A stretch of DNA of 58,834 nt, filler included, from Basidioascus undulatus (Eukaryota), in the NCBI GenBank assembly GCA_000826855.1. It is 4 parts of 4 records of this genome, joined end to end, with 100 filler letters (N's around TTAATTAATTAA, not from the genome) between each part and the next. Parts side by side here need not be neighbours in the genome. Positions count along the whole stretch, not along the records: positions 44,209 to 58,834 come from JTLS01000709.1; 3 more parts are not named here. One strand, written 5' to 3'. Shown piece after piece: positions 48,353 to 58,834 of the stretch. The notes beneath the pieces were generated by a model. That model saw nothing but the letters and a program-made list of their open reading frames with translations. It ran no database searches and was not told where the DNA came from. The number at the start of each line of letters is the position of its first letter. Positions within the stretch are counted from its first letter, which is position 1. The position numbers and the translations under genes were made by a program.

Positions 48353-49454
48353 ATGCCCACCGAGCCCGAACGTTCATTAAAGTACTACTTCTGTGACGGC
48401 AACCTGGTACTCCGTGTGCGTCTTTGCGCGCACGTCTCAGAAGTCACCGCAGCCTTGCTAACTGTTCCAGGCGGCACCATCTCCCTTCAAACAGGTTGGG
48501 GACGTCCTTTTTCGCGTCCACAAATCTCGGTTGATGGAAGCCGCTGTCGCGTTTCGAGATATGCTTTTGCTGGGCACTCGGACCAGCCCCCCAGGAGGTT
48601 CCTGCGACGAAGACCCCGTGGTTCTGCCTGGCGTAGATGCGAGCGCATTCGAGGCGCTTATGCTCTCGCTCTACGGGACGTACGTCTTCACGTTGAACTT
48701 GAAGAGTTAAGCCTACTCATACCCGAATGCCAGATACGCAGAGCTCAGCCAACCGTCTGGGCGGCAGCTCATCGACATACTCCGGCTTTCAACGCTGTAC
48801 GGCATGCCCGCTCAGCGTGCGTACGCAATCGAGCGCTACGAGGCACATTACCTCAAAACGGAGACATCGGCGGATCCCTTTAAAGTCGTCTTGTTAGGAC
48901 GTGAGTACGGGCTACACGACTGGCTACTGAACGCGTACCGTGCGCTCTTCGACGAGCCGCTCGACAAGATTCGCAAGGAAGACGCTCGGAAGCTCGGGAC
49001 CGACGCCATCCTCAACCTCGCGGCAGAGAAGGAGAGAGTAGCACAGAGCCGCATCCCCCAATATTCGCTCCCGTCGTGCATGCCTTTGACCCGCTGGCAC
49101 CACGACCGCGCAACTTTCAAGGCCTTTGAACGCGGCTGGTCCGACTGCTACAACGAGATGAGAAGCCCCCATTCGATGGACGTCCTCGTCGAGCATCTCA
49201 TAAAGTTCGAGTGGCCAACCAAGCTACACAAGAACAAGCGCCGCCCAGTCAATAAAATGGAACTCCGATGCCTGGCGGGCGCGTTCGTGACTGCAGCCAA
49301 GCCCATCACGCCCGCACCCACCGAGGCCATGATCGACGAGCTCATCAAGACTCGCTTCGCGCCTGAACTAGCCGAGGTCAAATCCCTCCAGATGTCTCAG
49401 TCGGGTCATTGTAGGTTCCGTGTCCTCCAGTGCAACACCGGAAGAAAGTATTGA
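48353..49454 (+). CDS. BTB/POZ domain protein
   Basis: YYFCDGNLVLR|VGDVLFRVHKSRL...FRDML...GSCDEDPVVLPGV..AFEALMLSLYG, then ILRLSTLYGM and LGREYGLHDWLLNAY, as in the basidiomycete BTB family. Confidence 0.88.
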
Positions 49455-49987
49455 CCGTCTTCCTCTGACAGGAACTCTTCATCGGAATGTCGATTGTAGC
49501 TTTATTTCCCGATTCTCAGTCTTACGAATAGTGCCCCTTGTACTTTGTACATCGGATTTACCTTTTCATTCGAGGAATGGGATGGGAAGAGGCTTACGTC
49601 CCAGTATCTGCAGACAAGCGCGAAGGCCGCCGTCGCCCCTTTTGCCGTCCTTAGCAGATTCATAAGGGCCATCCTTGAAGATTTTATGCAAGCGCTCGAC
49701 AGGAAGTTCCGGAATCATAATGGACGTTCGGGTGGGATAGAAGAGCAAAAGGCAAGCACACGCTCGTCGGACTGACGTGGGCTTTCTTGCGGTGCGCCTT
49801 GTCTGTCAATGGAAGGGAACTGTCGAGTGCCGATAGTACGGCTGACACGGTAGTCGGTCTGAGCCTTCGGCGATTATGTGAACAGGAGGATATATTTGCA
49901 AAGTACATGCGGACGGAGTACATGGAAGTGCAAGAAATGAGACCGATAATGCAATCAAACAACGTCCATCAACCCATGCGTAGACGT

Positions 49988-52900
49988 TCACCAGAACGCG
50001 CCTGCGATAGCACACCCATCAGTAACCGCCCGTCGTCCGAGAAACTGAGAGTTGACTTACACCACCCGATGAAGCATAAGCACAAGGCCTCGAGCGAAGT
50101 TGCCTGCTCTATGAGTTTCTCCACTTGTTCGTCGACAGAGAGCGTGACGGTGGGCTTGAAGTCGCGGCCTGACATATGCAAACGTGCATCAGATTCGCGT
50201 TCCCGCAGGCGCCTCATGAAAAGGATGCTCACCTAGTAGCTTGCTGTCAACGCGCTTGATGACCTCAAGAGCCTTCTTGTTCGGGGGTTCAGGACGGCGG
50301 TGGTCCTCTCCAGCTTGGTCTGTGGATCGCCCGCTGCTTCAGCATATGCCGATCCTCACAGAGTGCACATAGCAACCTACCCTTGACGAGCTCGCGCTCG
50401 TCCGTCTTGCTCTTGCGGAAGTTCGTCGGGTCTATCGGAGCCACCTTAGCAAGGAAGCAAACGACCATCTATTGTGCGGCAATGACTCACCATCTCCGGG
50501 CGCCTTGTTCTCGGCCGCAAGACGCCAGTTGATGAGCCTGTGACGAGTTGTGGGTCAGCCGAAGCGTTCGGACAGCTCCAGTTTGAAGGACGCACGGGTC
50601 GTGGACAAACGCCTCGAGCACAGCCATGAGCGACTGGCGGTTGTCCCGCATGACTTGCATGACAGTGTCACACGTCCGCTTGTAGCTGCCGTGGATACCG
50701 CAGACCTGTTGGCGGCAAATCAGCGCTGTCTTTAACAATGTACATAAACTCTGACATACCTCCATCGCGAGCGTGAGCATGCGGGTGAGGCGGAACGGAA
50801 CCTTCTCCGGGTACTTGTCGCGTTGCTGCGGGTGACGACAAAAGGTCGGTGAGCTAGCTGCGAAGAGGTGACGAGAAATCGTAGCGTACTTGAGCAACTT
50901 CGAAGCAGTCACCGAAGTCAATCTGGTGGGAAGCCGGTCAGGCACTGCGGAAGATAAGGGCGGCGAAGACCGAAGGACACGCACGTGGACCATCTGGCCT
51001 GATATGCGGTCGATGAGCAGGTTCGATGGATGGCGATCTCCGAGACCGAGAATGTAGCCGACCTGTTCACCGCGTATACTTAGCAACGAGCGCACGTGGA
51101 ATTGAAACATGGGAGATCTACCATCGACATGAGACCGAGAGATCGCGTGTAGTTCGTGCGACGCTCGAGCCACGCTTCGGAATTGCGGCTCTTGAGCCAC
51201 AAGATGCGGTATAGATCCTGGCCGGTCGTATTGTCGAGCGCGTACTCGAAGACCTCGACCTTCTGGATGTGGCACAGCGAGTCGTAATCGGGCGCCATCT
51301 GAGCATCAAAAGACCGAGCGTGTCAGCAGCAGAAACTTTGAAGCGCTGACACAGTAATGCGCACCTGCAGCATGAGACGGTGCTCGATGTTGAGCAAGAT
51401 CTTGCGGCTCTCGCGGTAGTCGCGAATGAGAACGTGCATCGTGTCCGAATTCTGCACCCAGCCGAGGAGACCCGAGTTGGGCGAGATGGGGATGACGGAG
51501 TAGCGGTGGATGCTGAGGTGACGCTTGAAACTCTCGGGGTCGACGGAAAGGAGCATGTTGATCAGGCCGAAGAGTTGCATGACGCGCTCGTCTTGACGGA
51601 GGTCTTCGTGACCTGTGTAAGCAAAGCAAAAGTCAGTATCCACGCTCCGCAACGGCGACAAGATAAACATACCCTTGAGGACGTATTGGTATTCGCGCCC
51701 ATCGCTGCCCTTCATCGTGACGCGACGCGGACGCTGCTTGGACGTGATGACCGAGAAGGTCGGGACGACGCTGGTGATCCTGATGATGGGTCGCCCGCTG
51801 TGGTACGTGCCTACAAAGGGTGAGTGGGTCTATTGTTAGTAATGCATTCGCGCAGACAGCGAAAGCGCTGGACGCACCGGGAATGGCCAAGTCGATGTCG
51901 CGAACCGCGAGCAGCTTGGGAGAGACGTATTGCAGCTCCAGCGTCGTGAGCTGCGGCAACTGCTTCTGTATCTTGCGGAAGACCTGGTAGTGACGGATTC
52001 GTTATTACGGTTGAAACGTGGGACCATTCATCGCACGCACAAGGTAATACAGGTCCCAAGCCTGGTTGAGGTCGTTGACATCGCCGTACTGACGGTAGCG
52101 CCTGCAAAAGTCCCGGGCCTCCGACAGCTCCCGACTGAATGCCTGCATGAAGCTTGTCTCCCGAAGCGTCTCCGCACCCTGCGCACGAAAGAATTAGTGC
52201 TTATGGAAGGTCGTTGCGTCGACGGTTGACGTACACGGTCGAGCATGTCGTGGAGCGGCTTGAGCGTCTCAATCATGCCCTCGGGGTTGTGATCGCCGAA
52301 GTACAAGCGTGACGCCTCCTCGAGACCCTCGTGCCACATCTCGTGCCAGAGGATCGCGACGCGGATGAGCTCGTGGCTGACGAGGAAGGCCTGAAAGCAA
52401 GACCGCCACCGTCAGCGGCCTTCTCTATGTGATGATCTGAGCGCAATTTACCTGCTCGACGAGCTTCGGGCTGTGCTCGCGCATCTTGTCCATGATCGCG
52501 AGGGCGGCGGACTTGCGGGACGTAGATTGCGACTTGGACGCGACCGTGAGCGGGTAGATGAGGGCCTGCGGATGTGCGCGGCCGACGTCGCAGAGGAGCT
52601 GGTGGATGAGGCGGCGGACGTTCGTGCTCGGAGCGTGAATGCGAGCGATGATCTGTATTGCGACGGAAGTGAGATCAGCACCGCCGCAGCTGCAACATGA
52701 ACGGCTATCGCACCTGTGGGATGACCTCGAGCCAAGTGTCGATGCTGACGGTCGAGAAGCCCTCCGATAGCGCGTGGAAGACGTCGTCGTGGTAGCCAAA
52801 CTTGAACCAGAGCGTCAGCAGACGGAGAGTATCTTGTAGCGAGTTGCCGCCCGAGAGCGCGATGGAGCGGAAGAAAGCTGCAAGCGACGCTCCAGTCAGC

Positions 52901-55900
52901 GAACACAATGTGGGGGTGTTACTGAAACGGACGCTCACCTTGAACAGCCGGCACGATGTGAGTCACCAGCGTCTCTGGCGCGACGTAGTCGGACGCGTTC
53001 TCGAGGTGGGAGATGACCTCGAAGTTCGCAAGAGCGAAAGTATGCCATGCCTTGTACCATGACGGGTCGTACTGCGTTGCTTGGAAGTACGCGCCGAGTA
53101 TATCGTCCGCATCGGTCTGAGAAACACGGGCGCCATCAGTCTCAGTGCGGGAGAGACTAAATGCGCGAGACTGCGTACCTCGTACCACTCCTCCTGGAGC
53201 GCGACCTGCCACTGACCCTGCTTGAGGTAGCAGCGGGCGAGAAGGTTCGTGAACTCGAGCAGCTTGCCGGACATCGCGAGCTCGGGTGGCAAGACTCGCG
53301 GCCCGGTCTCCGCTGGGTTCAGGCCGAGGTCGGTCGTGAGCCGCCCCGTGAAGTCGCGCAGCCAGGCGAGGCTCTCCTCCTTCGCGTCCTGCGCCCACAT
53401 GAACTTAAGGTGGGCGTAGATGACCTGGGGCGGAGCTTTGAGGGCCTGCAGTACATGGAGCTACGATGAGCAACGCTCAAGATGTGGAATGTGGTTTCAA
53501 CTCACGACGCCGGCCTGGATGTCGCCGGGCTCGGGACCGAGCAGAGAGTTGAGGACCTTCTCCGCAAGGAACATGCGGTCGGACTTGCGGCAGAGATTCG
53601 CGAACTTGATCCACATGTCCGTGTTCTGCGCGGGCGTGAGGACGAGCGTACGGACTTGCAGCACGCGCTGCCAGACCTCGACGTCCGGTTGACAGCCTTT
53701 CAGCCTGCGCGTGACCATTTCCTGGATCAGCTCAGGTGGACACAAACGATCAATCGCGACGCAACGCACCGCTTCATCCAGGTCTTCCGCATCGTGTGCT
53801 GACGATCGGGCTGGTCTGCGTAGAGCTTGTAGGTGATGATCTCCTCCAGCTCTGCGAGCATCTGAACGCGGACGACGACGCTGCATCCGCATAGCGGATC
53901 AGCGACAAAGCAGGAGAAGAAGGCAAAGAATGCACACGCACTTGTACGCCCGGCCGTAGCTCTCGCTCACCAAGCTCGTCAGCTCGCCGTCGAGGCTCTC
54001 GCGAGCGCGGTTGATGTGCTGGAGCGCCTTCGAGTACTGGTTGCGGTGGACGGAGAGGATGGCGCGGTAGAAGAAGCGGTCGGGCGACTCTTGCTTCATG
54101 ACGGCGATGTAGTTGTCCATGAGCTCCCACTGGTTGAGCGACCACGCGGCGGCCGCGGCGAGGGGCGCCATGACGCGACGCTCCTCGTGCCCGGCGTTGA
54201 CCCACTTGCCCTGGACGAACTCGGAGAGCTGCTCCCACTCGCCGAGCGCGTGCAGACAGCGCATCTTGCCGAGCGTGATCTCCTGCGAGTCCCCGCCCTC
54301 AAGCGCCTTGCGCTCGTATGCGCCGAGTGCCTCTTGCCAGCGACCGAGCTTCTCGTACCATTCCTCGTGGTGGACGATGTCGAGCTGCTCGCGCGCGAAC
54401 TTGAGCGTGCCCCACGCCGCGTCCTGCTGCTGCAGCTTGGTGTTGACGTGGATGAGCGACTCGATGATGTGCGGCGACGTCTCGGTGAAGAACTCGAGCT
54501 CCTGGTAGTGGAGCGCCTTGGCGTAGGCGTGCACCTTCATCGCGTACTCGCCGAGCAGTGGGACGTCGATCGGCAGCGGCTTGTCGTCGTGCTCCATGAA
54601 CTCGGCGAGGTTGAGCAGCGCGTGAACGACGTCGGGCGGAGCGGATGGCGAGGTAAGAGCGCGCTCGAGAGCCTTGCCGAGCTCGTCCTGTCAAACCGCA
54701 TGAGAGTTAGTGTGCGTAGCTTGAAATGGCAGCAGGGCCACGTACTTGGTACTGGTCGTAGACTGTTCCAAGGAAGCAGAAGCGTCAGCCAAACATCCCA
54801 AGATCTTTCCAAGACCGACCACGCACGATCGGTCCAGCACGAGACGAAGGCCGCGTTGAACAGCTCGCGAAGCAACGGCGGGTGCGCCTCGGCGAGGCCG
54901 CGGCAAGCGCGAAGTGCATGCGACGGCGACTCCTTGAGCAGCTCGATCGCCAGGCGGCGGAGCCACTCGGTCCAGTCGTCGCGCGTCTGGACGTGGGTAT
55001 TGCCGTACGCGTTCTTGAGGTGCTGTTGGTTGGCGATGAGCTTCGTCGCCTCCGCCGCTGGCGCCTCGTCTGCCTTCTCGTGGTCGAAGCTGTTCGGAAT
55101 TCGGAAGGTTAGAGTCTTGCGCTATCAGATGATCAGAGGAGACTGCGCACCGGTCAAACATGCTGTAGTCCTGCGGCAGCCGCTCGCCATTTAGGAGCAT
55201 CGTCACGAACTGGTCATAGTGCGCGTGCTGGATACGGTGGCGAAGGAGGACCTGCAGGCAGAAGTCCCGTCAACAAAGATCAAAAAGCAGCCGAATCGAC
55301 CACGCACCTTGCTGATCATCGGCACAAACACCGCGTAGTCCGGCCCGAGCTGGAGGACGAGCGCGGCGAGGACGTCCATCGCTGCCTGGCGAAGCTCGGG
55401 CGCGCCGCCAGCGAGGACGCGCGCGAGGGGGTGGATGACGCGGGACGCGTGGTCGCAGAAGTTGACCTGCCGCGACAGCTGGCCGATGGTCTTTATCCCC
55501 TCTTTGCGGAGGCTGATCGAGGCGTCTGGGCGCTCGAACGCCTTGACCACGACGGGGATGACGAGGTGCATATACTCCTCGATGTTGGAGCCGAAGACGG
55601 AGAACGCGCGGAGAATCTTGATGAGCGTCGCCTGACGCTTCTCCGTGATCTCGCCGTCGAACGTCTGCAGCATGGGCGGGAGGAGCGCGGGGAGGTGCGC
55701 GCGGAACTCGCCCCCGAGCGCGCGCGCGAGGACCTCGACGAGGCTGACGATCGTGATCTGTAGGCTCGAGTTGGGGTTCCAGAACTCGCGGATGAGCGAG
55801 AGGATGTCGGTGAGGAAGTTGCGAATGTGCTGCTTGACGATGCCGACGAGAATCGCGAGCTGCTGGACGTAGAACTCCTGGAGCGACGGCGCGCACTGCC

Positions 55901-58803
55901 GGATGACGGCCAGGAATGCCGGGATGATCTGGTAGACCCCGCTCACACGTCAGCTCCGACCCACACGATGAGCACCGCACAGCACGCACCTGCGGCAAGA
56001 ACGACACGCATTTCAGGCCTTGCGTCTTGAAAATGTTCATGATCGCCTCGATGACCGCGTGGTGGTGGTTGCTGAGGGAGGGGTCCTTGATGATGTTGAT
56101 GAGCGCGGTGAACGCGACAGTCTGGTAGTACTCGTCCGAGGACGGCCCCGTCGCGAGGAGCGAGACGTCGGTGGGGTTGGCAATGACGGACTCGGTCGTC
56201 AGGTCGTCCGCGGGCTTGTCGAGGAGCTGAGAAGTGAAGTAGATGTAAGCTTTCTGATCAGATCAAGCCTGTCTGTCCAACATGCGCACCTTGTGGCGAT
56301 ACGGATCGAGCGCGCCGAGCAAGCCCATGACTTTGATCGTCTCCGAGCGGGTCGACGGGTTCTGGTCCGTCTGCAAGATCTTGACGAGCGTGTCGAGGAG
56401 GGTCGGGTACTTGAGGAACGGGTCGATGACGTACCCCGTGTTGGAGACGACCTGGCCGAGTGTGCGCAGCGCCGCGTCACGCTTCGCGAGCGACGACTGG
56501 TCCTGGAGCGTGTCGATCAGGAGCGGCATGAGTACGTCCACGTGCGGCAGCAGGTCCTCCCCGCCCACTTGCGCGAGCTCGCCCAGGCACGCGAGGACGT
56601 TCGACGCGACCGCCGGGCTCGGGTCGGACGCCTTGGGAAGGAGCACCTTAAGCATCGGAATCGCGTACGGCTTGATCAGCCGCTGCGAGGCGCCGACCAG
56701 CAGCCCGAGCAGCCGCGCGCTCTCCTCCTTGTTGCGGCTGTACTCAGCCTCAACATCAGCATTCGCACTGCCCCAAGCGCAACCGACCCGGCCCACGCAC
56801 CTGACTGTCGAGTACTCCAGCTCCGTCAACAACTGAATGAGCGCCTTGCGCAGCGACGGCATGACGTATGCGGGGTTATGCGCGGCGAGGCGGCCGATGA
56901 TGCGGATGGCGACCTCGCGGACAGCGAAGACCTCGTCGTTGAGAGCGATGAACAGCGAGCGGACGTTCTCCGCCTGCGACAGATGCCGATCGAAGCGGTC
57001 GTCGAGCGAGTTCAACACCGACAAGCGGATGCTCGGGTCTGCGTTCGAATCCCTCGTTCATCAAGCTAGGTCTGGAAGGGCGAGCGGGGGCAGAGGGGAT
57101 GAACGCACCAGGATCCGCAATCGCGACGGACATGAGCTTGTCGAGCACGTCGCCGATGATCTCGACCGCGTGGCTGCTGGTCTGGTAGCACACGGGGTCT
57201 TGCACGAACAGACGGCAGCACGTGAGCGCCGCGGCCTTGCGGATCTCGGCGTTGTCGTCGTCGACGAACGGCAGCGCGCAGTCGCGCACAAACTCATTCA
57301 GGATGTGGCCTGCCGCGGACCCCTCTCAAATCAGTCGCACGTCCCCTACTGGAGACATTCATGGAAGGAGCACGCACCGCTGAAGTCGAAGTCGCCCAGC
57401 GTCTGGAGCGCGAGGATGATCACCTCGGGGCTCTTGACCTCCGAGACCTGGAGCGCAGTTCGTCAGACTAGGGGCCGTAACTGCATTTCATGAGTCTCAA
57501 CAACGCACCTGGACCTTGTTCAGCTCCCTCGCCGCAGTGGTCTGCGACCTCGGCACAGTGGGCGCGCCGAGCGGGCGATACGGCTGGTCGCTTAGTATGA
57601 GCGAGAGGGTATTGAGGAGGCGGTCTGTGTGTCCCACGCATCAGCCCCCGCTACCCTCAAGCGTGGTGTGCACGCGTGGTGTGCACCTCCAGTAGCGTAC
57701 CCTGAATGGTCTTGAGCAGGGGCGGGATGAATTTCGCGATCTCCGCGAGGGCCTGGACGAGGGGCGCGCTGAGGCCGCTGCTGAAGATGTCGTCGAGCTG
57801 CTCGTGGATGTACTTCGTGAGCGTCGGCCCGACCGCCGCGGCGAGCTTGCCGAGGCACTGGAAGATCGCGTCCTCGGGGACCACGACGCCCTTCTTCCTG
57901 CTCCCGCAGGCGTGCGTTCGAGATCGTGAGCTGTGAGCGTGGAAGACAGAAGAAAATGACGCACCCCCGAGATCGCAAGGCGTCCTTGATCGTCGTCATC
58001 ACGTTGTCCATGTAGTCCTTCATCGCGCTCCCAACGGCGCTAGCCACGTGCCCGATCGCGTTGTACGCTGCCGCACCCCCACATCAGCCATCGAGCAAGC
58101 ATCCTAGCCTGCGCTGGAGCTCACCTGTCGCCCGCTCCCGGTCCTTCTTGATCATGTTCATGAGGTGGGCCATGCTCGTGCGGAGCTTGCCCGTCGAGAA
58201 CGCCTGCGGGTCGTACGTCGCGAGCGTGGGGATGAGGAGGATAACCGTCTTGCGTATCAGGAAGTCGCGGTGGTCCTTATACCGGAGGATGAGCTCGCAG
58301 ACGTCCCCGAAGCGGGGTTTCAGGAACTGGTGTGCTCCCACAGCATCAGCATTCCGGGGCCAGGTTGGTGGAAGTGGGGAGGCGGATTAGGAGAGGCGCA
58401 CCATGCCCGCATGCAGGAGGAGGTCGCGGTAGACGAGGAGCGAGCCGTGGATAGAGTCGACCGTGTTCATCTTGAGCCCCGCCTCCGCCTGCCCGTACAC
58501 CTGCAGCTGGACGTCCGCGCGCCCGGGCACCTTCCGGCGCTCCAGAATGATCAAGCACGCTGAGAGCGCCTCGGACGCCGCCTCCCGGATGACCACCTGC
58601 TCCGCCGCACCCACCACGACCTGAACGTGAGCGGCGCGGGCTGGAGGAGAGGGAGGGGACTGCCGCACCTTTGGGTCCCGCAGCGCGACCCAGATCCGGT
58701 CGATCGCGCGGTAGACGAACGCGTTGAAGAGGATGGGCGAGTTGCGCGCGAGCTCGCGGATGATCAGCACCGCGGCGTAGCGCCCGGACTCAGAGCGGTC
58801 GCC
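49988..58803 (-). CDS. TOR1: Target of rapamycin PIKK kinase, 5'-truncated, many introns
   Basis: HEAT repeats, FAT ([13 protein letters not shown]), FRB ([14 protein letters not shown]), kinase ([45 protein letters not shown]) and FATC ([26 protein letters not shown]). Confidence 0.98.
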
Positions 58804-58817
58804 TGGTACAGTCCTCT

Positions 58818-58834
58818 AGATCGGAAGAGCACAC
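58818..58834 (+). other. Illumina TruSeq adapter remnant
   Basis: AGATCGGAAGAGCACAC is the start of the TruSeq adapter read-through sequence. Confidence 0.97.

Noticed and set aside
57040..57056. gttcgaatcc T-loop/B-box-like motif suggesting a tRNA
   Set aside because: No T-stem or cloverleaf pairing. It lies at the 3' end of a TOR intron on the opposite strand.
54016..57493. Long + strand ORFs (392, 349 and 218 aa) opposite TOR
   Set aside because: Antisense shadows caused by GC-rich codon bias, with no recognisable domains.

Overview
Eukaryotic, intron-rich, GC-rich DNA from a basidiomycete fungus. The intron style (gtgcgt/gtacgt donors, ctgac branch sites, many micro-exons) and the F-box/BTB genes are compatible with a Pucciniomycotina-like yeast, but the exact taxon cannot be fixed from sequence alone. 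The window is not one locus: four contigs of 14648, 14634, 14626 and 14626 nt are joined by artificial 100-nt N44-TTAATTAATTAA-N44 spacers, and the window ends in an Illumina adapter. Contig 1: RPL14, a frameshifted F-box pseudogene, an F-box gene, a TPR-like gene, WAPL, then a ~460-nt highly base-paired non-coding element. Contig 2: EXO5 3' end, two hypothetical genes, a damaged SDR head-to-head with a beta-hydroxyacid dehydrogenase, a SnoaL-like gene and a partial single-TM gene. Contig 3: a probable coilin 3' end, a tandemly duplicated decayed orphan gene, a secreted cyclase-family hydrolase, an SH3 protein, an F-box gene, NDUFB7 and the 5' part of an Mbp1-type APSES factor. Contig 4: a MITE, a Hos1/HDAC8-like deacetylase, VMA12, a BTB protein and most of TOR. 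Best leads: the unexplained structured element after WAPL, the coilin candidate, two genes whose ATG is split by an intron, and the long ORF-less region behind NDUFB7. All gene models were spliced by eye and no searches or folding programs were run.
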